From contig DAIPYG010000002.1 in the NCBI GenBank assembly GCA_036782875.1, forward strand, positions 23,340 to 87,339: DNA of 64,000 nt, given 5' to 3'. Each line of letters opens with the position of its first letter. Position 1 is the first letter of the stretch. The stretch is from Bacteroidota bacterium (lineage in GTDB: Bacteria; Bacteroidota; Ignavibacteria; Tepidaquicellales; Tepidaquicellaceae). Below, piece by piece: positions 37,769 through 48,435 of the stretch. The notes under the pieces were generated by a model, which was given only the letters and a program-made list of their open reading frames with translations, had not been told where the DNA came from and did no database searches. Both the position numbers and the translations under genes were made by a program.

Positions 37769-38912
37769 AACTCAGGTTAATATTTTTTTCCGCACTGTAC
37801 ACTTTTATATAAAGCTGCTGAAGCCTCTTGATCTCATTCTCAATTGAATAATTATTTCTAACAAATTCCAATTGCCTGGCTTTTCTGATTTTCCTTTCTT
37901 CCATACTCATTTTTGAGAAATGTAAGATCTTGTTTGCAATTGATCCCGGGTTCTCAGATTCAAACAGCTGATCCTGAAACTCCCTGAACTGATCCCTTAT
38001 TCCGGGTACATTGCTGCCATAGCTAATCACACCGCTTGCCATTGCTTCAAGTACAGAAATTGGTCCGCCCTCTCCTGTTTTCATTGATGAAAGAATAAAA
38101 ATATCTGCAATACTGAAAAATGATTTAATGTTATTTTGTTTCCCGGTAAAGATTATCCTGTTATCCATTCCCATTTCTTTTACTTTGTTTTTCAGATTGT
38201 CTGCGTATTCGGTTTTATCTTCACCTACAATCAGTAATTTCGGATTCTCAAAATCATCGTGTATAAGATTGAAACCTTTGATTAAAAAATCTATGCCCTT
38301 GATCGGAATAATGTTTGCAATAGTCAGTATGACCGGATATGCATTCTTAAGTTCATATTTTGCTTCCAGTTCTTCATCTTTTTTTAATTCAGTAAATTCA
38401 TTTAGATCGATGCCAATAGGTATCAGGGAATACTTTTCAATATTATTAAAAAACACATTCACCATCTCCTGATTTTGAGGAATTATAGCGTTAGCTAATT
38501 TAGTTCTGATCCTCCACGCATTGCTTCCCCATCCCATATTCTTTTTTGTATAAATCCATTTTATACCTGATAATTTTGCCGCAAGTCCTTCCGAATAATC
38601 ATCAGAATAGTTATATGAATGAATAATATCAGGACCGATCTTCTTAAAAAATCCTGATAACTTTATAACGCTTTCCATTCCCTTTAATCTGGGTTTCATA
38701 GGAGCAGAAAATTCAGAGATATATATAGGTATATTCAAAGCTTTCGCTGTATTAAAAAGCTCTCCCCTTTCATGGCGGCAGCAGATGCACGGCTCAAAAA
38801 TATTTTTGTCTATTCTTGAAATGACGTTGATAAGAGCTTTGCCGCTTCCTGCTGTATTGAAATTGGGGATTGTATAAAGAATTTTTATCTTACCGTTTTT
38901 TACTTTTTTCAT
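37752..38912 (-). CDS. Glycosyltransferase family 4
   Basis: 386 aa with ILYTIPNFNTAGSGKAL and GEGGPISVLEAMASGV. Confidence 0.8.
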   Translation of the reverse strand: MKKVKNGKIKILYTIPNFNTAGSGKALINVISRIDKNIFEPCICCRHERGELFNTAKALNIPIYISEFSAPMKPRLKGMESVIKLSGFFKKIGPDIIHSYNYSDDYSEGLAAKLSGIKWIYTKKNMGWGSNAWRIRTKLANAIIPQNQEMVNVFFNNIEKYSLIPIGIDLNEFTELKKDEELEAKYELKNAYPVILTIANIIPIKGIDFLIKGFNLIHDDFENPKLLIVGEDKTEYADNLKNKVKEMGMDNRIIFTGKQNNIKSFFSIADIFILSSMKTGEGGPISVLEAMASGVISYGSNVPGIRDQFREFQDQLFESENPGSIANKILHFSKMSMEERKIRKARQLEFVRNNYSIENEIKRLQQLYIKVYSAEKNINLSFEESF

Positions 38913-38950
38913 AAGTTCATTTTAGAAAATATACGAAGATCCAAAATACA

Positions 38951-40186
38951 TCATATTGAATTGTAAAGATCTTTATAGGAACTGTCTACAATTTCCGTTG
39001 ACCAGTTTCTGCAAACTTTTTCCCTGGCTTCTTTAATTATATTTAGATTTCCGTTTTCATCTGTTAATACTTTCTCAAGTATTTCTGAGAGACTCAGTGT
39101 ATCACCTACGGGAAATACATACCCGTCTGTTCCGTTCTTTATCTGAGCTCTGGCTATTTCCGGAATATCAGAACCGATAACTATAAGCCCACTGGACATT
39201 GCCTCAAGTATTGAAATAGGAAATCCTTCCTGCTTTGATGGCAGTACGAATATTTCAGAGCATTTCATATAATCATGAACATTTGAAATGTTATCCTCAG
39301 TTAGTAATATTTTATCTGACAGGTTTAAGTCTTTAATTTTATTTTTAATATCTTCTATGTACTTTTTGTCATATTTATAAGTCGGTCCGGCTATTACAAG
39401 TCTTATATCGGGAAATTTTTTCTCCAGTGAAATAAATGCATCAAGAAGAATATGAACACCTTTCCTTACGTTGATTCCTCCTACGAAAAGTATTATTCTT
39501 CCCACCGGCCACAAATTCAGTTTTTCTCTCAATCGGGTTTTTTCTTCTGCACTGACCGGCTTAAAAATATTGATATCAACTGAATAAGGGATTTGTGCTA
39601 CTTTGCTCATGGGTATCTCCGACTTTTCAAAAATTTCTGTGATCACTTCGGATTTGCTTACATATCGGTCTGCCATCTTATAAAATTTATATCTTAAGTA
39701 TTTCGGTTTTAAATAATCTTTCCAGTCTGGAAATCTTCCCAATGATAAAGGATCGTCGTCCCCTACCAGTGAAGTTTCTGTGATAACTTTTTTCCCCAGC
39801 ATTTTACCTATAAATATAGACACTCTGTTAAATGCAAATCCTGAATTGAAATTGTGAATGTAATCATATTTGTCCCTTAACTTGTACATTGGTTTGATCA
39901 GCGCCCAAAAGCAGTTCCACATGTGATTTATCTGCTGAAAATAAATCAATACTCCATTGGCATCTTTTGGATTTTCCGGAAATGCTATTGAATGAACGAA
40001 ATCAAATTTGACATTACTCTCTTTGTAAGCCCCTGTTCTGTCCCAGCCGATAATTATTACCTGTGAATCCGGATCTTCATTCAGTCTGCTTGCATATTTA
40101 AAAGCAGCCACTTCTGCTCCCCCGTATGCCGGAGGAAGAATTGCAGATACAATACACACTTTATATTTTATGTTTTCGGATTTCAA
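38951..40186 (-). CDS. Glycosyltransferase family 4
   Basis: 411 aa with QEGFPISILEAMSSGLIVIGSDIPEI. TTG start. Confidence 0.8.
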   Translation of the reverse strand: MKSENIKYKVCIVSAILPPAYGGAEVAAFKYASRLNEDPDSQVIIIGWDRTGAYKESNVKFDFVHSIAFPENPKDANGVLIYFQQINHMWNCFWALIKPMYKLRDKYDYIHNFNSGFAFNRVSIFIGKMLGKKVITETSLVGDDDPLSLGRFPDWKDYLKPKYLRYKFYKMADRYVSKSEVITEIFEKSEIPMSKVAQIPYSVDINIFKPVSAEEKTRLREKLNLWPVGRIILFVGGINVRKGVHILLDAFISLEKKFPDIRLVIAGPTYKYDKKYIEDIKNKIKDLNLSDKILLTEDNISNVHDYMKCSEIFVLPSKQEGFPISILEAMSSGLIVIGSDIPEIARAQIKNGTDGYVFPVGDTLSLSEILEKVLTDENGNLNIIKEAREKVCRNWSTEIVDSSYKDLYNSI

Positions 40187-40219
40187 GAATGCTTTTTTCA
40201 GATATAATTTTTCGAAGTT

Positions 40220-41359
40220 TTAATTTTTCACTTTATTTTTCAGACTGGTTATTTCATTACAGAAATAGCCCACCGGATCCTGAGGTATCAGGGATTTTAC
40301 ATATTCTTTAGCTTTGATGCCCATCTGTTTCCAGTCATCTTTCTTTGACCAGGCTCTTTCCATTGCTTCATCTACAAATTCAGGCGTGGCTGCTCCTGCA
40401 ATAAATCCATTTTCATTGTCAATAACAATTTCAGGATTTCCGCTAACATTAGTCACGATCCCTGTTCTTCCGCATAACATTGCTTCTACAAGTGCAAGTG
40501 GAAGTCCTTCATATCTTGAAGTTAATATTAGAGCATGACATTGTTTCCATATATCATTCGGATCTGAGTAGCCTTCTATGCTTATATTTGTAAGCTTAAA
40601 GTAATCCTTAAGTTTTTTTAAAGAACCGGAATGCTCTCCTTTTCCGTAAAGATTTACATTTAAATTTCTTTCCCTCCATTTTTTTTCATTTAAAACCTGA
40701 AATAAAATATCCTGACCCTTGGCATAAAATTCGTGCCTTGCCACATTTGCAAGTATATAGTTTTCAGTTACATCCGGGTATGCAAAATCAAAATTATAAT
40801 CGACATTGAAGGGGTTGAAGATTATTTTTGAATTATCGATCTTCTGACCAATCTGTATTTCTGTCAATGCAAGATTTGCCCTGCTTACGTAATAATTTTT
40901 AACTGCTTTTGGTAAAGCAGCAGATAAGCGTCTGTTCAGCTCATCCGTAGGCCATTTTGCTTCGTTTGCGGCATTTGAAATTGTCACAAAAGGTAAACAG
41001 TATTTAATGCAGAATTCCATAAGATCTATTCCTCCTGTGTTTCCGCCCTGATTTACTATTACGATATCAGGCTTAAAATCAAGCAGAAACAAAAAACCCT
41101 CTTCCTCTAAATTTCCAAAAAGTTTTCCGGGCAGAAATCTGTGGACTATTCTCTTGTATTTTGAGTGATCCGTATTATATAGAACCTTAATGTTGCTGGA
41201 TAAGATTGTATTCACAGCTGATGGTATTTCTTTCCATCGGGGAATGCTTACTATCACTGACTTTCCGGCTTCACTTAATTTTAATGCTGCCAGATACCAG
41301 AGATATTCACTTCCTCCCCAGGAAGATTTATTGGTGGATACGATTGCTATTTTATTCAA
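40220..41359 (-). CDS. Glycosyltransferase family 4
   Basis: 379 aa with YEGLPLALVEAMLCGRTGIVTNVSGNPE. TTG start. Confidence 0.8.
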   Translation of the reverse strand: MNKIAIVSTNKSSWGGSEYLWYLAALKLSEAGKSVIVSIPRWKEIPSAVNTILSSNIKVLYNTDHSKYKRIVHRFLPGKLFGNLEEEGFLFLLDFKPDIVIVNQGGNTGGIDLMEFCIKYCLPFVTISNAANEAKWPTDELNRRLSAALPKAVKNYYVSRANLALTEIQIGQKIDNSKIIFNPFNVDYNFDFAYPDVTENYILANVARHEFYAKGQDILFQVLNEKKWRERNLNVNLYGKGEHSGSLKKLKDYFKLTNISIEGYSDPNDIWKQCHALILTSRYEGLPLALVEAMLCGRTGIVTNVSGNPEIVIDNENGFIAGAATPEFVDEAMERAWSKKDDWKQMGIKAKEYVKSLIPQDPVGYFCNEITSLKNKVKN

Positions 41360-41387
41360 TATTAATTTTCATCTTAATTTTCGTCTG

Positions 41388-42563
41388 TTACATTTCGGGC
41401 ACAGGATCTTTTTTCATACTTTTGTTCTTTGCTTTGCTGTTTCTGCTGTTTATGAACTTAATTACCGGCTCAAGTTTGTATTTCAAAAGTTTCGACTTTA
41501 CTTTTAAGGTTCTGAGATCATTTTTCTGCTTTTCATTTAACCACTTGCTCTCCAGTGTCTTTAGCCACAGGTCTAATTGCTTTATGTTACCTTCTGTGTA
41601 AGAGCTCCTTGCATTAAAAAGAAACAGGCTGTTAACTACCTTTTTTGCAAGAATTAAATCATTGTTTGAAAAGATCATTCTAAAATCATATTCTGAAATA
41701 ATGTCCCTGCCGTAAATTGTTTTCATTAATTCCATATGTTTTATCATTCCTGCTTTGTCTGCTATTGAGTAGAAAATACCCATATGCTCATTTATGAATT
41801 TGAACTGAGATGTCTTGGAGCCGGTGTGAAACCTGAACGAGACGATAACTTCTTTTATTATTTTTATCTTTTCCTGTCCGTACTTAAATAAATATTTTTT
41901 CCAAATATCCTGATCCATCAGATAATTTAATCTTTCATCAAGTTCACCCAGCGACTTTACAATATCCATCCTGAAAAAAGTTGACGGCTGATTTACAGCA
42001 ACTAACGCAATAGATTCCTCTAATGTATTTCTCATTTTCAGATCTATGATCTTTTCTTTGCTCCCGTCTTCATAAAAGAATCTGTATTTCCCTGATACAA
42101 CTTCAGTTTCTCTGTCCAGAAAATTTTCTGCAAGAAATTTAAAGCAGCTTTTGTTGTAAAAATCATCACTATTTAGCCAGTTAAATATTTCTCCTTCACA
42201 TTTTCGAATCCCTTTGTTAATGGCATGAGTCTGCCCGCGGTCTTTTTCACTGACATAATATTTTAACCATTGTTTATATTTATTGATGATATCAGAAGTT
42301 TCATCAGTGCTTCCTCCGTCTATGATTATGTACTCAAGGTTAGGATAATTCTGCAGAAGCACGGATCTGATTGTCTGCTCAATAAATTTTCCCTGATTAT
42401 AGCTTGGAGTTACAATTGATATCTTAGGAAATGATTTAATGTTTTCGTAAATTCTTGTTTCAGTTTCTTCGGTCCATGGCCATCCTTTTTTACCTTCAGG
42501 CGGCTCCGGAAGTTTGTTCAGCATAGATTCTTTAATATTTATGTTTTTATCTTTTGCTTTCAT
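41388..42563 (-). CDS. Glycosyltransferase family 2
   Basis: 391 aa with ISIVTPSYNQGKFIEQTIRSVLLQNYPNLEYIIIDGGSTDET. TAATG overlap at 42563. Confidence 0.8.
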   Translation of the reverse strand: MKAKDKNINIKESMLNKLPEPPEGKKGWPWTEETETRIYENIKSFPKISIVTPSYNQGKFIEQTIRSVLLQNYPNLEYIIIDGGSTDETSDIINKYKQWLKYYVSEKDRGQTHAINKGIRKCEGEIFNWLNSDDFYNKSCFKFLAENFLDRETEVVSGKYRFFYEDGSKEKIIDLKMRNTLEESIALVAVNQPSTFFRMDIVKSLGELDERLNYLMDQDIWKKYLFKYGQEKIKIIKEVIVSFRFHTGSKTSQFKFINEHMGIFYSIADKAGMIKHMELMKTIYGRDIISEYDFRMIFSNNDLILAKKVVNSLFLFNARSSYTEGNIKQLDLWLKTLESKWLNEKQKNDLRTLKVKSKLLKYKLEPVIKFINSRNSKAKNKSMKKDPVPEM

Positions 42564-43762
42564 TATTTTGAGAATTCATCAATTTGTTTCATCAGCATAT
42601 CAATCCTTGAAGACGGATCAAGTTCTTTTTTGAAAATTTCCCTGCAACCATTAGTCTTTAAAGTATAGTTACTTTTTATTTTTTCGAGTTTTTCCGGAAG
42701 CTCTTCTATGTCCTTAATAGTTTCTCCGAAATTATAGATCTCATTGAGTTCCTTGTAAATGCTGTTGGAAGTTGTCACTGTAGGAAGCTCAAGCATCATA
42801 TATGTTGAGAACTTTCCGGATGACAGACCGATCTCAATAATGTTCTTGCCGGCAAAAAAATCTATTGTATTAGGAATATAAACTGCTAACCCGATATGGC
42901 AGCAGGATAAAAACGAGTTATAATCTTTCGTATGATAGAAAGGCTTGTTGTGAAAAGTAATGTTCATATTATCTTTTATCATTTCATCCAGTCTTAGCTT
43001 AAGCAAATTATTCTCTTCCAGTATAAAGTGAGAATGGATTACAAACCAGAAATCGTTATTCCATTTGTCCGGAAATAGATCAAGTATCTCATTAATCCCG
43101 CTCCATCTCTGCAGGTTGCCTGAATATACAACGATTGTTTTATCCTTTGGTATTTTTAATTCACTGTAGATATCAAATCCAGTTTTATCTGCCTCTGAAT
43201 ATTGGGGAGAAACAGGTATGTGAATAAATTTCGTTTCTTTTCTGAATTTATTTTCTTCTCTAAGCAGTCTTTCCCTGACTTTATCCTGAACTATAACAAG
43301 ATCCGCCTTTACAGAATATTCTTTTTCCAGTGTCTTGATTAGTTTTTTTTCTTCATCATAAAATTCATCTTCAAAGAATATCTCGAATGACGCATAAATG
43401 ATTTTTACATTAATAAGCTTTCTTATGCGTCCTCCGTATACAAGTCCCATCGGATCTACGCAGATCATTGTATTTATTTTGTTATCAACTTTGAAAAGTT
43501 TGTATAGTTTATGATATTGTTTAACCATCTTCATAATATCAAAAGGTCTTCTCATTGGTTCCGGTCTTTTGAAGAATGAAAAAAAATTAAATGGAATTTC
43601 GTGAAACTCTATCTTTTCCCTTATCTCACCCGGAATAAACAGCTGGTCAAAAGCAAAGAAAAGAATTTTATATTGTTCTTTGATTAATCTTTCAAAAAGC
43701 AGTATGAGTGTCGGATTACTGAAAGTATCTATTTTCGGCGTTATGATAGCTATTGATTTCAT
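42563..43762 (-). CDS. Divergent GT-B-like protein (putative glycosyltransferase)
   Basis: I prefer the ATG at 43762 (MKSIAIITPK...) because the track start at 43813 overlaps the upstream gene. It has two Rossmann-like halves, and GLSSGKFSTYMMLELPTVTT resembles the GT-B C-terminal motif. There is no clear EX7E. Confidence 0.4.
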   Translation of the reverse strand: MKSIAIITPKIDTFSNPTLILLFERLIKEQYKILFFAFDQLFIPGEIREKIEFHEIPFNFFSFFKRPEPMRRPFDIMKMVKQYHKLYKLFKVDNKINTMICVDPMGLVYGGRIRKLINVKIIYASFEIFFEDEFYDEEKKLIKTLEKEYSVKADLVIVQDKVRERLLREENKFRKETKFIHIPVSPQYSEADKTGFDIYSELKIPKDKTIVVYSGNLQRWSGINEILDLFPDKWNNDFWFVIHSHFILEENNLLKLRLDEMIKDNMNITFHNKPFYHTKDYNSFLSCCHIGLAVYIPNTIDFFAGKNIIEIGLSSGKFSTYMMLELPTVTTSNSIYKELNEIYNFGETIKDIEELPEKLEKIKSNYTLKTNGCREIFKKELDPSSRIDMLMKQIDEFSK

Positions 43763-43778
43763 AATTGATATTCTTTTC

Positions 43779-44537
43779 TTAATGCTGTCTGATCCCGCAT
43801 ACTGCAAGTCCATACCAGCTCTTGTCCGTTAACTCTTTACCGTTCATCCATTCCTCGGTGTGATCGATCTTCATGTCAAGCTCATCAAGGATTAATTTTA
43901 ATTCCGGCAGAAATAAATATCTCATTCTGTGTGTCTCTTCTATCTTCTGTTCAGAGTCGGTTTTTATCTCCCTAACTGATATTTTAAAATTCACATCTAC
44001 ATAATTTTCATTTACATTCATACTTGGCTGCGTGATCCTTTCAATTATACATTCCTCATCTTTAAAACTTTTTACTTTACTTACAGGTCTGTCACTTAAT
44101 ACAGCAGGACCATACCAGAAATCAAAAATGAACTTGCCCCGGGGATTGAGATGTTCCTTCACGGTTTTAAATGTAGATCTGAGATCTTCATTGGTAGACT
44201 GATAGTTTATCACATGAAACAAAGATATAATCACATCATACTTCATATTCAGCCTGATATCCCTTATGTCACCGTTTATAAAATTAACGTTCGCATTATT
44301 TTTGTTACTGTCTGCCAGTAATGTCATTTTTTTAGAAAGTTCGACTCCGGTTACCTTAAAATTATTTTCAGAAAAACAGATATCATGCCTGCCTGTTCCG
44401 CAGCCCAGATCAAGAATACTTTTCGCTTCAGGCATATATCTGTTTATAAAACCTGTCACATAATCTGCTTCGGAATTGTAATTTTTATCTTTATAAAGCA
44501 GATCATAGTATTTTGCATAAGCGTCAAATATTTTCAT
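43779..44537 (-). CDS. Class I SAM-dependent methyltransferase
   Basis: 252 aa with motif I ILDLGCGTGRH and post-I VTGVELS. Confidence 0.8.
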   Translation of the reverse strand: MKIFDAYAKYYDLLYKDKNYNSEADYVTGFINRYMPEAKSILDLGCGTGRHDICFSENNFKVTGVELSKKMTLLADSNKNNANVNFINGDIRDIRLNMKYDVIISLFHVINYQSTNEDLRSTFKTVKEHLNPRGKFIFDFWYGPAVLSDRPVSKVKSFKDEECIIERITQPSMNVNENYVDVNFKISVREIKTDSEQKIEETHRMRYLFLPELKLILDELDMKIDHTEEWMNGKELTDKSWYGLAVCGIRQH

Positions 44538-45328
44538 TATAAAAAGGAATTTAAGAATTTAGAATATTTCGTGTCTTTCAGGAAATCATATACTTCTTCA
44601 TAGTTTATAATTGTGTCCTTTAAATTATCCGGTACAATTCTCTGCAAATCTGTTTTTACCTTTTCGGATCTAAGCCCCAAAAAACTGAATACTTTATCTG
44701 CAGTCTGCTGAAGCTTCGAATTATCCTGAATATCATTTTCATAGCTCAGTTTTAAATGTGGTATGTTCTTTAAATTCTCCTTTTCTGTCTGCTCAACTTC
44801 TTCTGAATATTCGATTCCTTTAAGCAGTTCATTGCAGTCAACTAGTATCTTTTCTGATCTCTTAATATCCCCGCTCTTCAAATGAAATATGTTAGTCTTT
44901 GAAGAAACAAAATTTGACAATTTGTGCCTGAGATAATTTTCTCTTTTTAAATATATAAATTTCCAGCCGGCTGAATGCATATCGGCGAGTATTTTATCAT
45001 AATTGTAATAATTATGTTCATATCTTAACTGAGCTATCTTTACCTTGAACCCATAAGTTGATTTACCGTACATCGCAGCTTTTTTACTGCAGCTTTTTAT
45101 ATACATACCGGGGAATTTGACTTTGCTTAAGGAATACAGATAATTAAATATTTCAACATCGCAGTAAATGTCGGGATGACAGTTAAGAAGCTCAGTTAGA
45201 ACCGTGCTCCCTGTCCTTCCTCTGGTATAGATCACAAACTTATTTTTAGGATAAGGTAATTTATAGTTAAGTAGATTTTTATACTTGTTCTTTTTAATGT
45301 ATATGTTTAATAATTTTTCAGTAATCAA
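44537..45328 (-). CDS. Sulfotransferase-like protein (Stf0-type)
   Basis: 263 aa. The PAPS 5'-phosphosulfate-loop-like YTRGRTGSTVLTELL is present, and YLKRENYLRHKLSNFVS resembles the 3'-phosphate motif. TTG start. Confidence 0.55.
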   Translation of the reverse strand: MITEKLLNIYIKKNKYKNLLNYKLPYPKNKFVIYTRGRTGSTVLTELLNCHPDIYCDVEIFNYLYSLSKVKFPGMYIKSCSKKAAMYGKSTYGFKVKIAQLRYEHNYYNYDKILADMHSAGWKFIYLKRENYLRHKLSNFVSSKTNIFHLKSGDIKRSEKILVDCNELLKGIEYSEEVEQTEKENLKNIPHLKLSYENDIQDNSKLQQTADKVFSFLGLRSEKVKTDLQRIVPDNLKDTIINYEEVYDFLKDTKYSKFLNSFL

Positions 45329-45341
45329 TTTTTATTACTTA

Positions 45342-46469
45342 TTATTTAAGAAAGTTTTTCAGTTTTGAAATAACAAGTTCAATATCACTGTTTTCCATAG
45401 GTATATATAAAGGAATCATAATGCTTCTGTCACTTGCATCTTCTGAATCCGGCAGTTGAATTTCTCTGTAATCGTTTTTATATGCGCTTTCCCTGTGGCT
45501 GGTCATTATACCGCGCCTGGAAGCTATACCTGCATTCAATAGTTTCTGCATAAGTTCATTTCTGCTGATTCCGCAGGTCTCCTTCAGGTAAACACTAAAT
45601 GACTGATAGTTCGAATAATATCCTTCTTTCTCCTCAGGCAATAAAACACATTCAATTTCTTTTAACTCTTTGATGTATCTTAATGCAATTTCTCTTCTTT
45701 GCCTGATAATCCAGTCAAGCTTTTCAAGCTGCTTTAATCCTATGGCTGCCTGAAAATCAGTCATCCTGTAATTGTACCCTACCTCAAGATGATCTTCAAA
45801 CAATACTTTATCAGACTGATGTCTGACCCTGTCATTTACGGACATAGCGTGCTGTCTTAGAAGTTTCATTCTTTTATAATAATCGGGATTTGATGTGGTA
45901 ATCATTCCTCCTTCACCTGTCGTGATCACCTTCCTTGGATGAAATGAAAAACAAACCAGTTCAGAATGACAACCTATCTTTTTCCCTTTATACGAAGAAC
46001 CTATTGCACACGCAGCATCTTCAATTAGCTTAATATTTTTTTTTTCACATAATGCCTTGAAAGAATCTATGTCTGCCGGCATTCCTATCTGATGTACAAT
46101 GAGTATTGCTTTTGTTTTTTCCGTTATTAATTTTTCCGCATGCTCTATGCTTATGTTATAGGTTTCTTTTTCCACCTCGGCAAATACGGGTTTTGCACCT
46201 ACATACTTTATACAGTTTGCTGTTGCGACATAGCTCAATGAAGGACAGATTACTTCATCGCCTTTACTGATTCCAGCAGCTATCATAGCCAGATGAAGAG
46301 CTGTTGTACAGTTGGATACGGCTACCGCGTATTCCGCGCCTGTATATTCGCAGAACTTTTTTTCAAACTCCTCCACTCTCGGACCCTGTGTAACCCATCC
46401 TGTGAGAATAGTATCATAAGCACTCTGCGCTTCGTCCTTTGTTAAGTAAGGTTTTGCTATGGGTATCAT
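45342..46469 (-). CDS. DegT-family sugar aminotransferase (ArnB-like)
   Basis: 375 aa with PLP lysine in FSFHPRKVITTGEGGM. Confidence 0.85.
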   Translation of the reverse strand: MIPIAKPYLTKDEAQSAYDTILTGWVTQGPRVEEFEKKFCEYTGAEYAVAVSNCTTALHLAMIAAGISKGDEVICPSLSYVATANCIKYVGAKPVFAEVEKETYNISIEHAEKLITEKTKAILIVHQIGMPADIDSFKALCEKKNIKLIEDAACAIGSSYKGKKIGCHSELVCFSFHPRKVITTGEGGMITTSNPDYYKRMKLLRQHAMSVNDRVRHQSDKVLFEDHLEVGYNYRMTDFQAAIGLKQLEKLDWIIRQRREIALRYIKELKEIECVLLPEEKEGYYSNYQSFSVYLKETCGISRNELMQKLLNAGIASRRGIMTSHRESAYKNDYREIQLPDSEDASDRSIMIPLYIPMENSDIELVISKLKNFLK

Positions 46470-46470
46470 T

Positions 46471-47448
46471 TTAATTATTTATTTTTGTTTTTTCAAAATA
46501 CCAGTCACATAATTCTTTTAAACCAAGCTCCAGATTTGTCCGGGGAGAATAGTTCAATAATTTTCGGGCTTTACTGTTATCCGAAAGTCTTCTGCTTACA
46601 GGATTAACTGAATTACTTTCCAGATACTCAGGCTTGATATTACTGTTGTTAATTTTGATCATCATTTCAAGAAGCTGTTTTAAGCTTGTCTCACGGTTGT
46701 TACCTATGTTGAAATTTTCATCGGTAACATCGGAAAGCAATGCTGCTACATTAGCTTCAGCTACATCTTTTACATACACAAAATCCATTGATGTACTGCC
46801 GTCACCGTGTATCACGGGGGCTTTTCCGTCTCTTATGCAGTCAAGCCATTTTATCATTACTTCAGTGTACTTACCGTCGGTATCCATTCTTGGTCCGTAA
46901 ACATTAAAATAGCGAAGCGCAACATAATCCAGCCCGTACATAAATTTATAGCTTCTGAAAAGCTGTTCACCGAATAATTTTGCCGCTCCGTAAAATGTCT
47001 GGTTGTCATAAGGATTATCATTCTCTGTTGTCGGAAAATTCTGGGCAAGCCCATAGACTGAAGCGCTCGAGCTGTAAATTATTTTCTTTACTTTATGTTT
47101 TCTTGAAAGCTCAGCAATTGAGAATGGAGCTCTCACCATTGTTTCAAATCCGTCAGACGGATCTGCTGCACAGGCATTAATTCTCAATGCTGCCATATGA
47201 AAAATATAATCAGCCTGAGGGATATATTTTTCAAGTAAAATTTCATTTTTAATATCTCCTTCTACAAATTCCACAACAGGGTTGTTTATGAATTCTTTCA
47301 TGTTCTCAAAACTGCCTCTGATAAGATTATCTATGATTATGATCTTCCCGGGAGAATATTTCAAAAGTTCTTCTGCCAAATATGAACCGATAAACCCTGC
47401 TCCGCCGGTAATGAGTATGGTGCTGTTATGAATTTTAGTGTTTTCCAA
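46471..47448 (-). CDS. Extended SDR, NAD-dependent nucleotide-sugar epimerase/dehydratase/decarboxylase family
   Basis: 325 aa with ILITGGAGFIGSYL, SSSASVYG and the catalytic YGAAK. TTG start. Confidence 0.85.
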   Translation of the reverse strand: MENTKIHNSTILITGGAGFIGSYLAEELLKYSPGKIIIIDNLIRGSFENMKEFINNPVVEFVEGDIKNEILLEKYIPQADYIFHMAALRINACAADPSDGFETMVRAPFSIAELSRKHKVKKIIYSSSASVYGLAQNFPTTENDNPYDNQTFYGAAKLFGEQLFRSYKFMYGLDYVALRYFNVYGPRMDTDGKYTEVMIKWLDCIRDGKAPVIHGDGSTSMDFVYVKDVAEANVAALLSDVTDENFNIGNNRETSLKQLLEMMIKINNSNIKPEYLESNSVNPVSRRLSDNSKARKLLNYSPRTNLELGLKELCDWYFEKTKINN

Positions 47449-47466
47449 TTTTAAATTAATTTATAA

Positions 47467-48435
47467 TTATTTTTCAGATTCGATGCCTGACTTTTTGTCT
47501 TTATTTAATTCCACTATTTCATCTATAATATATAAGGGTCTGTTTCTTGCTGCATCCAGTGTACGCCAGAGATATTCGGCTATGATCCCTAGAGAAAGAT
47601 TGGTAATGCCGAACCCCAGAAATAGTATCGAAGACATTAAAGTCCACCCCTGAGCTATATCATTAAAAAATATTTTTCTCATTACTATAATTAAAGACCA
47701 GACAATTCCTGTCATTAATAAAATGAATCCGGTAAGTGTTACCAGCCTTATTGGCGTATATGAGAATCCAATGACAGAGTCTGTCATTAGTTTTAATTTT
47801 TTAGAAAATGTCCATTTTGACTTTCCGCTCTTTCTGTTTTCTCTTTCATAATGAATATAGGACTGTCTGAATCCTATATTCATTATATCAAGGAATAGTG
47901 ATGTGTTTATCTCATAAGTTTCAATTACGTGATCTGCAACTTTTCTGTTAATAAAAAAAAGATCAAAATTCTTGTTCGGATAATTTCTTATGGCGATCTT
48001 TCTAATAAGCGATGCATACAGATTCGAAAACAGCCTCACAAAAATATTCTGGCCTGATACTTCTCTTAAAGGGAAAATTATGTCAAAACCTTTTTGAGAT
48101 TCTTCATACATTTTACCGATTACAGATGCATTATCCTGAAAGTCACCTGAAAGTATCGTAACATAATCGCCCGTGGAATTCGTGATCCCGGAAAATATAG
48201 CCGCATGTGATCCAAAATTTTTGGAAAGTCTGATTATTCTCGATTCGATGTTTGGATAATTAACTGTATCTATTTTTTTTAAAACTTCTTCTGATCCGTC
48301 AGTTCCTCCGTCATTTACAAATAATATCTCGTAAGAAAAATCCGTCACAGATAAAGGTTTATACAGCAGCTCTTCTGCCAGCTTTAAATTTTCCTCTTCA
48401 TTCAGAAACGGTATGATTACAGTTATCTTTTTCAT
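47467..48435 (-). CDS. GT2 polyprenyl-phosphate sugar synthase (ArnC/GtrB-like)
   Basis: 322 aa with ITVIIPFLNEE, LFVNDGGTDGS and LSGDFQDN, plus two C-terminal TM helices. Confidence 0.8.
   Translation of the reverse strand: MKKITVIIPFLNEEENLKLAEELLYKPLSVTDFSYEILFVNDGGTDGSEEVLKKIDTVNYPNIESRIIRLSKNFGSHAAIFSGITNSTGDYVTILSGDFQDNASVIGKMYEESQKGFDIIFPLREVSGQNIFVRLFSNLYASLIRKIAIRNYPNKNFDLFFINRKVADHVIETYEINTSLFLDIMNIGFRQSYIHYERENRKSGKSKWTFSKKLKLMTDSVIGFSYTPIRLVTLTGFILLMTGIVWSLIIVMRKIFFNDIAQGWTLMSSILFLGFGITNLSLGIIAEYLWRTLDAARNRPLYIIDEIVELNKDKKSGIESEK

Noticed and set aside
46036-46045. Homopolymer tracts inside coding regions as phase-variation switches: T10 at 46036-46045 and 61769-61778, and T9/A9 at 23527-23535, 24858-24866, 35590-35598 and 55761-55769
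   Set aside because: They encode Lys runs (AAA AAA) in a genome of about one-third G+C, where such tracts are expected by composition. There is no evidence of length variation from a single sequence. They could be revisited with population read data.
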